Shown in pieces: positions 51,601 through 64,000 of a stretch of DNA of 64,000 nucleotides. Where the stretch lies: assembly GCA_963706575.1 (NCBI GenBank), contig CAVPNL010000008.1, positions 32,001-96,000 of the forward strand. Reading direction: 5' to 3'. The notes under the pieces were generated by a model. It made no database searches, had not been told where the DNA came from, and was given only the letters and a program-made list of their open reading frames with translations. Source of the DNA: an uncultured delta proteobacterium (GTDB taxonomy: Bacteria > Desulfobacterota > Desulfobacteria > Desulfobacterales > JAHEIW01). Each line of letters begins with the position of its first letter. Position 1 is the stretch's first letter. The position numbers were made by a program, and so were the translations under genes.

Positions 51601-54600
51601 CGGTCACAAACAAAGACGGCGGTACACCCGCAGCAGCTTCAGCGGGAACATCGGTGGGTGTTTATCGGGCCTACACCTCGCTAAGCAACTGGGAATCACA
51701 GACCGAAAATGCAAACATCACCGAACCCACCGAAGATGATGTCAACCCTTCAGTGGACCTGACTGCAGCCACCGGCGATAATACCATCATGATGGTGGCC
51801 TGCTACGGCGATGGAGAAGACACGGCTTCTACTTTTATTGATAGCTGGACCACGGGGCCGGACAACTATATCAAGATCTATACGCCGGTTTCTTTGAGCG
51901 AGGTTGGCACGAGCCAGCGGCACAATGGAATCTGGGATACCTCGGCCTACCGCATATCAATGGACGGGACTTATTTCGCTCCGATAGGGATACGGGAGCG
52001 TTACGTCCGTATCGATGGGCTGCAAATAGATAGTAATCTTGAGTATAATAATGAATCGAACGGAATTCATGTCAGTGATGATAATGCTGATGCCGCGGTG
52101 GAGATTCATATTTCCAATTCAATTTTTCGGATGACGAGCGCCCCCCCAACTACCGCGGCATTTGGTATTGGCGCCTTGAATCAGTTTGGTGGAGCGAACA
52201 GCCTTTACGTTGCCAAAGTATGGAATAACATCATCTATGGCTATGCTGTTAGCGGCGGTGGCGGTAACTGTATATACGCTCAAAATAACGGCACCGTTTA
52301 TGCTTACAACAACACGTGTGTCGGCGGCAGTGGGGCTGGAAACGGGATAGCGGCATGGGATAATATAGATTTCTATGCCAAAAATAACATCTCTGTTGAT
52401 TTTACGGATCCATACAAAAATACTTTTCACGCGGACAGTACCAATAATGTCTCCGATATCGGGGATGCACCGGGCAGCAACCCGATCAATGGAGAGCCCA
52501 CTTTTGCCAATAAGGCCGGAAATGATTATCACTTAGACAGCAGTGATACAGTGGCGCAGGGGGCAGGCGCGAACCTCGAGTGGGACGCCATTCTCCCCAT
52601 CACCGACGACATCGACGGGGATGCCCGCCCGACCGGCGCCAATACCTGGGACATCGGTGCGGATGAGTATCCAGTCAATCCGAACTCATCGCCCAGCGCT
52701 CCCACAACGCCTTACTGCGACGATAACACTTCCCAGAGCGGGCAGACGAATCCGAGCGGTATTACCGACCCCACCCCGGCTTTCAGCGCGATTTACAATG
52801 ACCCAGATTCAGGGGACATTGCAAACAAGTACCGGGTGGAAGTCAACACCGCCAGCGATTTTGGCGGCACGGAGATGTGGGATTCGGGCGCCGGCGGCAC
52901 CAGCATGACCAACACCACCGCAGGCGATCGCTGCCCGGATATCACCTATGCGGGCACGGCCCTGGCCAGCGACACCACCTATTACTGGCGCATTACCTTC
53001 TGGGACGATGATGACACAGTAGGTACGGTAAGCGTCACCCAAAATTTTACCACCGGGACGATTCCCACCAGCACCAAAAGCTGGGGTGAAAATAGCAGCA
53101 GTAATGATTATACCAGTGTTACCGAAGACACCTTTATGGACTCGGGCAGCAATGACCAGGAGGAAGGTTCATGTACCGGCAATGATGCCGTTCGAATCGG
53201 CTACAGAACCGATGCCGGCACACGCGCCATGCGGTCTTTGATAAAATTTGACCTTACTCAACTTGGCAACCTCATTTCCAGCACCAGCGATATTGTCTCA
53301 GCGACACTAAATGTAAAGATAGGCCAGAAAAACGGCAATGATATCGATGTGGATGCCTTCCGGGTATTGAAAAGCTGGAGTCAGGGCGACGAATGCCATA
53401 ACGTGGCCGAATCCGGTGAAACCACCTGGCGTTATCAGTCTTACAACGGCACGGAGTGGACATCATGGGGCGCGGATAGTGCCGGTAACGACCGGGCCAG
53501 CAGTGCTGATGATACCACCACAATAACTGCATCAGGCTGGGTTTCTTGGGATGTCACCCAGTCCGTTAAAGATATGGTCGTCGACGGTAACTACGACGGC
53601 TGGGTACTTAAGTCCCAGAGCGAAAGTGGAACCAATTGGTCCGCCTTTTATAGCAGCGAACACAGCACTGAAGCCGACCGGCCCTATCTGGAAATCACGT
53701 ATAACAATGATACAGCCTGCGGCTATGCTTACAAGCGGGCCATCACCATCTGATCACAACGATGTCATCGGCGACAGCGGTGATACGGTGGATCTGATCG
53801 ATTTTCCGGTCGTGATAAAAGAGTCCGGCACCTGGCTCAGAAACAGCGGCTACACCGACGGGCGCATCGAAAATGGGAATGGCTATGACATCATCTTCAA
53901 AGATTCCACCGAAACGCTGACCCTGGCGCACGAAATCGAGTATTATTATGAAGGATCGGAGGCCGCCAATGGAGAACTGGTGGCCTGGGTGAAAATCCCC
54001 ACCCTGGATGCGGATGCCAATACCGTCATTTACATGTACTACGGCAACAGCTGTGTTACGGCAGAAACTCAAGATAAAACCGCGGTGTGGGATACCGCTA
54101 ACGGCTGGCGGGGGGTCTGGCATTTGAAAGAAAGCACCGGGACGCAATGCAATGACAGCACCTCAAATGCCAACAATGGAACACCCAGTTCACCGGAACC
54201 ACCGGAGCAGGTATCAGGAAAGTTCGATGGGAGCCTTTACTTCGATGATGACGGTGATGCCAATGAGCGCAACATTTTGGTTTCGGACGACGACAACAGC
54301 CTCGACCTGCCCTCCGCCATGACAGTCTCTGCCTGGGTGAAGACCGCCGATACGGATCCGGATGTCGGTGTCATCCTGATGAAATGGTCTGACACCGCAT
54401 CACAGAAAAATTACTGGCTCGGCAAACTGAATGACACCAGCATTGCTTTTTATGTGGACGATTCGGAGAATGTGACGGCCTCATTGAGCCTCATCAATGA
54501 TGGAACCGACTTCCACCACGTCGTGGCTGTCGCCGATCCGACCGGCGGCTCCGAAGAGTTGCGGATTTATGTTGATGGTATTGAGAGAAATTTCGTTGTC

Positions 54601-57600
54601 TGGGACGGAACTTCCAGGACCGAGGATGCAGATTTTCGAATTGGAAATAGTACGACGGTCTTGCAGGAATTTGGAGGTACGATTGACGAGGTCCGCGTTT
54701 CCAGCGTCGTGCGCACCGACGGCTGGATTCAAACTTCATTCAATAACCAGGACGATCCCTCTGCTTTTTATGGAATTGGCGGTGAAGGTCCTGTCGGCGG
54801 CACAGCCGACCTTGATCAAATTCACTACCGCTGGCGCGACGATAATGGCGGCGAGACAGGCGGGTTTGATACCGGCACGGGTGTTGATGGATCGGTTACC
54901 ATCGCGACTTCAAAAAATCTCAATACCGATGTGCTTGGATCCCTTCGCTCCACCAACCCTGATGGCATCGCTACTGCAGTTTCTTCATTTGGCAGCGCCA
55001 CCGGCGGCACAACGCTTACAGTAGCATCGGCAAGCGGCTTTGCAGCTGATGATGAAATTTTGCTGATAAATCTTCAGGGGGACGCCACCAACTACGGAAA
55101 TGTCGGCAATTATGAGTTTCTTGAGATCCAGTCCATATCGACCAATACCTTTACGTTTAAGACCGCGATCCAGAAGATATACGGCGCGACGACTTCAAAT
55201 TTAGATTTGACGGGTCAAAAAGTGTTCGTCCAGCGTGTTCCGCAATGGACCGATGTGACCATCGAAGACGGCGGAATCTTAATGTCTGATTACTGGATCG
55301 CTTCAAAAGGCGGTGTCGTCGCTTTTAGAGCCACCGGTGCGGTTACCGTAAATACCAATGGCAGGATCTGGGCTGAAGGTAACGGATACAGGGGAGGGCC
55401 TCAGAACACAGATGCGTCCGTGGACTCGTGGCGCTATAAAGGCGAGGGTTTTATCGGCGGTTTCAGCACTGCAGGATCAGACGGGTCGGCCAACTCAGAA
55501 GGCGGGGGACCGGGCCATTCGGACGGAGATAATGACGTTGGCACGGGTATCGGTGGTGGTGGCGGCGGCGGTTACGGATCGACGGGATCTGACGGAACAA
55601 TTACCCAGGGAACCGGTTTTGAAGGTTTAGGCGGAAGCACCTATGGCGCTCTGGAGCTCACCAAATTATACCTGGGCTCGGCCGGCGGCAGCGGCGGACA
55701 CGATACCGATGCTGCCGGCAGAAACGGCGGGGCTGGCGGCGACGGCGGCGGTATCATTTTTATTGCAGCCGATACCATAATCGTCAACGGTACGATTACC
55801 GGTGACGGTGAAGACGGAAATGCGAGTACCGACGCCGGGTGCGGCGGCGGCGGGGGTAGCGGCGGATCAATCCTTCTTCAGGCGAACACGGCAACATTGG
55901 GCACGAATAAAGTCACCGCTGTCGGGGGTTCCGGGGCAGCTGGATTAAGATCCTGTGATGGCGGCGCTGGCGGGGTCGGGCGCATCCGGGTTGAAGTGGA
56001 TGCCGCCAACCTGTCCGGTACGACCAATCCAACGGCCTCTGAGGCGGACACGCCAGATTCAGGGACGGGTGCCGACTTCCTGGAAGATCAAGACACTCCC
56101 CATACGGGGCTTGACAAATCCACGACGATTCGTCTGAGACTGGAAGTTTCCAATGAAGGCGATGTATTCGCGGATTCTGTTCAATACCGTCTCGAGTATG
56201 CCACATCCACCGGCGGGCCCTGGACAGCGGTGCCCGACACGGCCACAACCGAACACTGGCAGATGTCTGCTTCCGACTATATCAGCGACACCGGAGAAGC
56301 GACGACGGATATTACCGGCGGACTGACCAATGAAAATACCACATTTATGCCCGGAGAGCTCAGAGACAACACCGCCATAACTAACGGCATTACTCTGTCG
56401 GCGATTCAATTCACAGAAATTGAATATTCCATCGAAGCTACCTTCAATGCCACCAATAGCGGGACCTATTACTTCCGTGTAACCAATAGTGGTTCATCGA
56501 CCGACTTTAGCTATTCGGTTTATCCAGAGGTGACACTTAGTTGCGGGTATGCTTACAGACGGGCCATCACCATCGATCACACCAAGGTCATCGGCGACAG
56601 CGGCGATACGGTTGATCAGATCGATTTTCCCGTAGTGATAAATGAATCTGGAACCTGGCTCAGAAACAGCGGCTACAGCGACGGACGCATCGAAAATGTT
56701 AACGGCTATGACATTATCTTCAAAGATGCCACCGAAACAACTACCCTGGCGCACGAAATCGAATATTACAACGCCGGCTCCGAGGCTGCCAACGGGGAGC
56801 TGGTGGCCTGGGTAAGGATCCCCACTCTTGATGCGGATGCAAATACCGTCATTTATATGTATTACGGCAATAGCTGCATTGTAAGCACAACAGAAAATCC
56901 GGCCGGGGTTTGGGCCAATGGGTATGTGGGGGTATGGCATCTTCATGATGATTACAACGACAGTACCTCAAATGCTAATCATATGACTGCTTCTGGAACG
57001 CCGTCTTATACGTCCTCCAAGATTGCCGGCGGCGTCGATTTTGATCAGAGTGGGGCTAACCAGTATCTGAGTCGCACAGACGCCAATTGTGTGGAAATTC
57101 CGGGAAAAAGCGACGGCAGCGGCGCCGATGATTTTACCTTCAGTCTCTGGATGAACCTAGATGATGAAACGACAAGGCATCCGTTTATGTCAAAGCAGTC
57201 ATCTGCCGCCGGGCGCGGTTACGTCTTTTCGAGAGAGGATTCTAACGATACCTATAAAGGGTATATGGAGGTTTACAACTCCAGCTTTGCCCAACACAAT
57301 ATTTATTCAGATTCGCTCAACCAGGACAAATGGTACTACGTGGTGGGAATTTACGATGGTGTCGACGATCTGACGCTCTATATTGCTGACGAAACCGGTT
57401 GGCTAACCAACTCCCCCTGGACTGCAAACCAGCCCAGCCATGGCGCTCCTCGCGACAACACCGCAGATTTTCACATCGGCCGCTATTACTGGGATGCAGG
57501 TAACAATTATCATTTAGACGGAACGCTGGATGAAGCCCGAATTTCCAATACAGTTCGAAGCCAGGGGTGGATTGAGACCGAATACAACAACCAGACCGCT

Positions 57601-60600
57601 CCATCTACTTTTTACGGAATGGGCGGTGAAGGGCCTGTCGGCGGCAACTTTGCACCCACGGCACCAACGACACCTTACAGTAACAATAATACCGCCCAGA
57701 GCGGTGCGACCAACCCGAGCGGGATTACCGATACCACCCCGGCATTCAGCGCCATATACAACGATCCGGATTCAGGAGACATTGCAAACAAGTACCGCGT
57801 GGAGGTCAACACCGCCAGCAATTTTGGCGGCACGGTGATGTGGGATTCGGGCGCATCGGCGGCACGAGCATGGCAAACACCACTGCGGGCAACCGCTGCC
57901 CGGACATCATCTATGCGGGCTCGGCGCTGGAGGATAGCACCACCTATTACTGGCGCATTACTTTCTGGGACGATGAGGGCACCGAAGGGACGGTAAGCGC
58001 CACCCAGAATTTTACCACCGGTGCGATTTCATGCTATGAGCTTTTTGACTACCGCAAGTCAATCACCATTGATCGGAGCAAGATTGCCAACCCGGCCCTG
58101 TTGGCGATCGCCTTTGATGCGGTTTCCAGCGCCGAGACGGTTCCGGCCGGCGGGGCCACCAGCCTGACCTGGTCGCACACCCTCGGCTCCGGACAGGACC
58201 CGATCCTGGTTGTGGGGGTGTCCATTAGAAACAACAGCAGCCAGCAGGTGAGCTCTGTCACCTACAATGGAACCGCTCTGACCAAAATAGACGTCGTGGA
58301 CAACGCCACCTACGTTCGCGCAGAGCTGTGGTATTTGCCAAAGGCGAGCTTGCCGGCTCCGGGGACCTACGATGTTGTGGTCAACATGACGGCGACCGCC
58401 AGGTTTGTTGCCGGCGCGTTTTCTTTGTTCAACGTGGACCCGACCACGCCTCTGGGCACCTTTGCCTCCAATACCGGAAGCGGGAATCCCACCTGGGCCG
58501 CTTCTGTGGATGTTCCCAGCGCGAGCGGCGAGATCGTGGTTGGAACCCTTGCCAAGCAATACGACGATCCGGTCAAGCCGGAGCAGGGTCAGCACCAGGC
58601 TGATCGCTGGAATCACACGACCAACGACGCTTCCGCCAACAACGTGCTGGGAGTCGGGACCCTGAGAGGCGGCGAAGCTCCCAATGCATCACCATACTGG
58701 GCGCTGGGTGGGACGACCAACGGTCAGCAGTGGGCGATCGCCGGGGTGTCGGTCAAACCGACGACAGAAGCTGCGCCCCAGATCACAACCCTCACGGATT
58801 ATCCGCTGCTTTACAGCGTCACCGATTCCGACATGCAAGCGAATGTAATCAACGCCAACGGGTGGGACATTATCTTTCACGCTTCAGATGATACCACCTG
58901 CGGTGGCGCCGGGCTGGCCCCGTGCATCCTGGATCATGAAATCGAAAAATACGATCCGGCTACCGGCAAGCTGGTGGCCTGGGTTCGGCTGCCTTCGGTC
59001 AATGGGGTGGGGGCGACTTCAGATACGGTTATTGATATCTCCTACGGCAACACCTGTATCAGCGCACCGACGGCCAACAAAACCGGGGTGTGGGATTCTA
59101 ATTATATGGAAGTGTGGCACCTTAGCGAAAGCTCCGGCGACGCCAGCGACTCGACTTCCAACGGTTACGTCGCTGCGGTGCAGGCCGACCCGGGGACACC
59201 GACCCATCCGGATGCCAAGATCGGCGGCGGCTACCAATTTGCCGGCGACTCCTGGCTTTTGACCAACGACGGCCAGTTTGCCGTGGCCAACGCACCGCTG
59301 ACCATAGAAGGCTGGTTTCACATCGACAGCGGAACCCCGAGCTGGGTGGGGATCGCCACCAAAAACCGTGATGTGAGCTGCTCCGACAACCCGCCCTATT
59401 GCGACTGGGCCGGGGTCTGGATCGGCGGCTCCGGTGAGCTGACCTACGCGTGGGACTGGCACAACCAGGCCAACATTGAAGGCGGTGCCGCGCTTTCCAC
59501 AGGTACCTGGTACTACGGTGCCATCACCTTCGATGGCGGGATTCGCACCGGCTTTCGAAACGGTCTGCGCGACACCGTCGTGACTTCGCCCAACCCCAGT
59601 CCCGGCACCTATACCGATATGACCATGCCCACCCGCATGAACAAAGACCTGGACGGCGGCGGCATGATGAGCGGCATCATCGACGAGGTGCGCATCTCCA
59701 CCGCAGCGCGCACACCGGGCTGGATCTTAAGCTCCTACAATAACATGAACAACCCGGGCGACATTGGAAGCCCCGGCTTTTATACGGTGGGGCCTCAAAT
59801 CGATGAGAGCTGCAATGACCCATTTGCCTACCGGCGGCTGATCACCATCGATCATAACGAGGTGGGATTGGACAACAATCCGGGCAGCCTTACGAATTTC
59901 CCGGCGCTGGTCAGCCTGTCGGGAAGCTGGTTGCGGACCACTATCGCAGACCCTACCAAGGGACGGATAGAACATTACAAGGGCTGGGACATCGTATTCA
60001 GAGCTTCCGACGAAGTCACCCATCTGGATCATGAGATCGAATACTACGACGGCTCGGCATCCGGCGGTGATGTCACCCGGATTGACAGCTGGAGCACCGG
60101 CACCGGGGATCCCACCGGTCCATACACGGTGCCGGCCGGCAGCAATCGGCTGCTGGTTCTTGTCACCGCCTTAGAGTGCAGCGCCACTCTCCGCACCATT
60201 GACGGGGTAACTTTCGGCACCACGCCCATGACGCGGGCCGAAACAACATACCTGGAAGGATCTCCGGGAAATTACATCAAAGTGGAGATCTGGTACCTGA
60301 AAGATGCCGACATTCCGGCGGGCAGCCAAAGCTTTGACATCAGTTACAGTTCAGCCCCGACAGCTGCACTGCACGCCTGGGCAACATTTGAAAATGTCGA
60401 TCAGATCAACCCGCTGGTGCACAAAAACACAGGCTCCGATGCCAATCCTGTTGAGGCTGCAGTCGATGTAGTCGACGGTGGAATGTCGGTTGCAGGCGTC
60501 ATATGCGGTATTGGGCAACAGATCTTATACCTGGGGAAACGGCTGGTCTGAGACCACGGACGAGGACGATACGCTCCGGGTTGTGTCGACGGCGGAGCAC

Positions 60601-63600
60601 GCCGCAGCGGCAGACGGTACCGATACCGCCAGTGCGACTGTTAGTGTCACCGTCCCATGGCAGACGCTTGTCGTTGCCAGTCTGCGGCCGTCATCGGCCG
60701 GCGATCTGGTGGCCTGGGTGCGTATCCCCAGCCTTGCCAAGAATGCCGATACCCAGATTTACATGTACTACGGCAACAGCTGCATTGCCAACAACACCGA
60801 AAATCCGGCAGGCGTCTGGGTCAACTACGCCGGTGTGTGGCACTTAACGGAAAACGGCAGCGGAGCTGCCGGTGAATTCAAAGACAGCACCCAATACGGC
60901 AATCACGGACAGGGGGGTGAAGGGGTTTCTCAATTTATTCCCACCCGGGTAGCCGGCAGGATAGTTACGGGCAGGATTTTGTCATTACACCGTGATAGTA
61001 ATGCAAATGGGAGCGGACGAAGGACAATTAATTGATTGTGGAAATGATGCCAGCCTGGATATCAGCGGTAATGAAATTACGCTTGAGGCCTGGGTTAAGC
61101 ATTCGATCGTTCCTGACTTTGGTGATTGGTACGGGATTCTGAATCACAAGGGTTGGGACTACGGTTATCGCATATTTATTCCTGACAATAGTCTTAAGCT
61201 CAAGTTTTCAGCTTCCCGGAGATACGGATAGCCTTATCTAGCGCCGGGGATATTACTTGCCGGGGGCTGGCATCATGTTGTCGCCACTTATGATGGCGCC
61301 AATATGAGGATTTATATCGATGGCGTAAAAGACGCAAATGAAAGGTCTAAACCGAGGTAATATTGAATCCGTGCCGCCGGACGGAAAATGAAGTCTGGAT
61401 CGGGCACGGTGATCAGCCAAAGGACGTGGCATGGAGTTATCCATGGGAGGGCCAGATCGACGAAGTCCGCATTTCTGCGACTGCCCGATCGGCGGACTGG
61501 ATTGCCACCGAATACAACAACCAGAGCTCATCGCTTACGTTTTTGAGTGTGGGTGCCGAGGATGCTGGCGCGCCCACCGCGTTAGTCTGATTTCCTTTAC
61601 GGCCAAAGGCGCGGGGCAACGCGGTGCAGGTCAACTGGCAAACCGCCCAGGAAGTGGCCAACGTGGGCTTTAACCTGTACCGGGCAGACAGCCCCAGCAG
61701 GTCAGTTTAAAAAGATCAACAACAGCCTGATTCCGGCGCTGAGCTTTTCAGCTTCAGGCAGATCCTACGGCTTTACCGACACCAACGTGGTGTTAGGCAA
61801 CCTTTATTATTACAAGCTTGAAGACATCGACATTTACGGCAAGCGCACCATGCACGGGCCCATCTGCGTGGACTGGGACGGCGACGGGCTTCCCGATGAC
61901 TGGGAGATCAGACACGGGCTCAACCCCTGGTTAAATGATGCCAATCTTGATTCTGACGGCGACGGGCTGACCAACCTGCAAGAATATGAGCTGGGCACCG
62001 ACCCGTTTAACCCCGATACCGACGGCGACGGGATATTAGATGGCCAGGAAGCCAGGAAGCGAGAAAGCCAGGAAGCTGATGGAACGCGCCAGCTTAGCCG
62101 CGGGGTGGAGGTTGTGGCTGAAGATGAAAATGGGATTACCCTTGAGCTTTACACCGACTCCTTTTTTACCGAAAGCGTTTATGCCGACGGTATGGAATAT
62201 GAGCGGCTTAAGATCGATGATTACGTGCACGGTTTTAGCAGCAGAAGTGGGCAAACCCGAGCTGCCGCTAAAAGGCATCCTGGTCAATATCCCCGAAGGG
62301 CAGATCGGTGAGCTGTCCATTTTACAGACCGTCGTTGAGACCCATAGCGGTTATCAGATCTTTCCGGTGCCGGCAAACAGCGTTGATGATCAGGGTGACT
62401 GCAGCCGCTGTGGCAGAAAGCTTTGTTATCGATTCTGAGGCCTACGCCACAGATGCCTTTTACCCGCAAGCAGTCGCGCAGTTAGGTGATCTGTTTGCCT
62501 TCCGTGATCAAAACAAACAGCAGCTGATCTTTTACCCGTTTGCCTTTAACCCGGTCACCGGCGAGCTTAACCATTACAAACGCATTCAGGTAAGAATCGA
62601 CTATGTCGATGACCTGTTTGCCAAAGTTGAAGATCAAAGTGTTAGCCCCTGGACGGTGCCGCTGCCCGCACCATCTTCAGGGGATCTGTCCGAGACACTG
62701 GCCTCGATGGGCTCTTATGCCATGGCCTTTGGGGCATCTCCGTTGATTGTAAACCCGCTGTCACCGGCGCTGACCTCTTTGGGTGTGATCATGGGCGCGG
62801 TGTGGTCACCGCCTGCTGATGGGGCAGCCAGCGCCTATAAGATTATGGTCGCAGAAGATGGCCTTTATCGGCTTGACAGCGCCTTTTTTGCCAACAACGG
62901 CATTGATCCCGCCGACATCGATTTAGATACCGTGCGCCTCTATCATATGGGTGAAGAAATCGCTGTTTTGGTCAACGATGCCGACACCCCCGGTGCCTTT
63001 GATGCCAACGATTATATCGAGTTTTATGGCAGCAGCCGGTAGCGGCTCAATATGCCAAATACGCGGCCCAAAACATCTACTGGCTGGTGACCGCTGGCGG
63101 CATCGGATCGCCCAAACGCATGGTCACAGTCGATGGTAGCCCCGGCAGCCGGGCCGGTGGCCACCGAGCACAGCGCTTCTGTGCGCTTAGAAGACGATGA
63201 ATACTATGTGGGGCTGGCCCCGGGCACAAACGAGCGCGACCGCTGGTTTTTTGATGACTTTGTGCTGGGCACTGACTTTACCGGCGGGCCAAATCCGGTG
63301 CAGGTGCCCTTTGACCTCACGCTTGCCGGGAGTTATCGGCTCGGGTAATCTGACCATCTCGTTGTGGGGCTATTATGACACCGGCCATGAGGTGGAAGTG
63401 TGGGTCAATGATGTGTCCCAGGGCACTTTTAGCTGGAGCGGCGTTGCCTTTTATGAGGTGAACTTGAGCGGGCTTAATTTGACTGAAAACACCACCGTAA
63501 AACTAGCCTGTAACACCGCCATGGACGGGCTGATTGTCGATTATATCGAGGCCACTTACCCGCAAAGCTTTGCTGCGGTCGCTGACAGCCTCACATTTAG

Positions 63601-64000
63601 CCACGACAGCGGCTACCGCTATGTCATCGATGATTTTAGCACCGATGCCCTGCGTGTTTTTGACATCACCGACCCAACTGATGTGGCCACAGGTCACCAA
63701 CATGCAAATTAGCGGCGCAGGTCCTTTTAGCCTTGAGTTTGAACCGCCGCCAAGCGGGCTGACCGACACGCTTTCTTGTCATCGGCACCGATGATTATAA
63801 GATCCCTGAGGCGATCATCGAAGATGTACCCTCTGATCTGGCCGACACCGCCAACAGCGTCGATTACATCTTAATTACCCACCAAGACATCGGCTGGGAC
63901 GGTGGTGGTGCGCAATATGGCTGGTTAACCGATCTGGTGGCCCTGCGTGAAGATGGTGATCTTAGAAGTTAAGGTGGTTAATGTCACCGACATCTATGAT
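45683..64000 (+). CDS. Giant surface protein 4 (3' partial, >6,100 aa): signal peptide, mosaic of modules shared with genes 1-3, C25 cassette starting at ~61573 and running off the window
   Basis: [34 protein letters not shown] is a signal peptide; the true start may be slightly upstream (ATG 45634) if frameshifted. ORFs 45683-46657, 46581-50636, 50627-51529, 51405-53753, 53551-57996, 57840-60551, 61787-62311 and 62308-63042 join. Confidence 0.83.
61573..64000 (+). repeat. Conserved C-terminal cassette, copy 4 (truncated by the window end before the catalytic His/Cys)
   Basis: Starts [15 protein letters not shown] and is colinear with the other copies up to 'gttaatgtcaccgacatctatgat'. Confidence 0.93.

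Noticed and set aside
7066..60700. Nested inserts as inteins or Hint domains
   Set aside because: There is no Cys/Ser start with a His-Asn end and no Hint motifs. The inserts are lectin-like or Gly-rich domains with Gly/Ser linkers.
465..63769. Numerous short minus-strand and alternate-frame ORFs inside the giant genes
   Set aside because: They are shadow ORFs of GC-rich, Gly/Ser/Thr/Asp-rich coding sequence with no recognisable motifs.
1..64000. Dozens of separate + strand genes, as the ORF track suggests
   Set aside because: The fragments overlap or abut, lack their own signal peptides, and continue mid-domain in another frame. Paralogous copies read through the same positions.
1..64000. 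Diversity-generating retroelement as the source of variation
   Set aside because: There is no reverse transcriptase in the window, and the differences between repeats I compared are not adenine-specific; many are synonymous third-position changes.
23634..64000. Four cassettes as a pure assembly duplication artefact
   Set aside because: The copies differ by many substitutions, in-frame indels (for example [10 protein letters not shown] versus PVSAPADL) and distinct flanks, as expected for real paralogues.

Overview
The window is almost entirely a head-to-tail, + strand array of four giant paralogous genes for secreted, membrane-anchored surface proteins: gene 1 (<1-5556, 3' end only), gene 2 (6223-27497, ~7,100 aa), gene 3 (~28762-44142, ~5,100 aa) and gene 4 (~45683->64000, >6,100 aa). 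The ORF track splits each into many pieces, but the protein sequence continues across single-base frameshifts, which look like long-read indel errors. The complete proteins share one layout: a Sec signal peptide; a long variable mosaic of adhesin/lectin-type modules (DUF2341+LamG, DNRLRE, Gly-rich, right-handed beta-helix, Ig/FN3-like spacers); and a near-identical ~3.9 kb C-terminal cassette. The cassette encodes a '[11 protein letters not shown]' domain, DxDxDG Ca-binding repeats, a gingipain propeptide-like region, a PorU/gingipain-like C25 peptidase with intact His/Cys, an FN3-like domain and a Cys-TM-basic tail. The variable regions are built from one shared module library in shuffled order. 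Many modules are nested: unrelated passenger domains sit at the same loop of conserved host domains. Each of the three visible upstream regions has a sigma54 (-24/-12) promoter and, ~175-210 bp further upstream, a sigma28/FliA-like motif. The spacers hold REP-like palindromes, heptamer repeats, an intact RelE/ParE-HTH toxin-antitoxin pair (44393-44991) and a toxin-deleted relic of the same pair (27840-27975). A Desulfobacterota-like host is a guess from the motifs, not something the sequence proves. Domain names come from motif recognition by eye, not from database searches.
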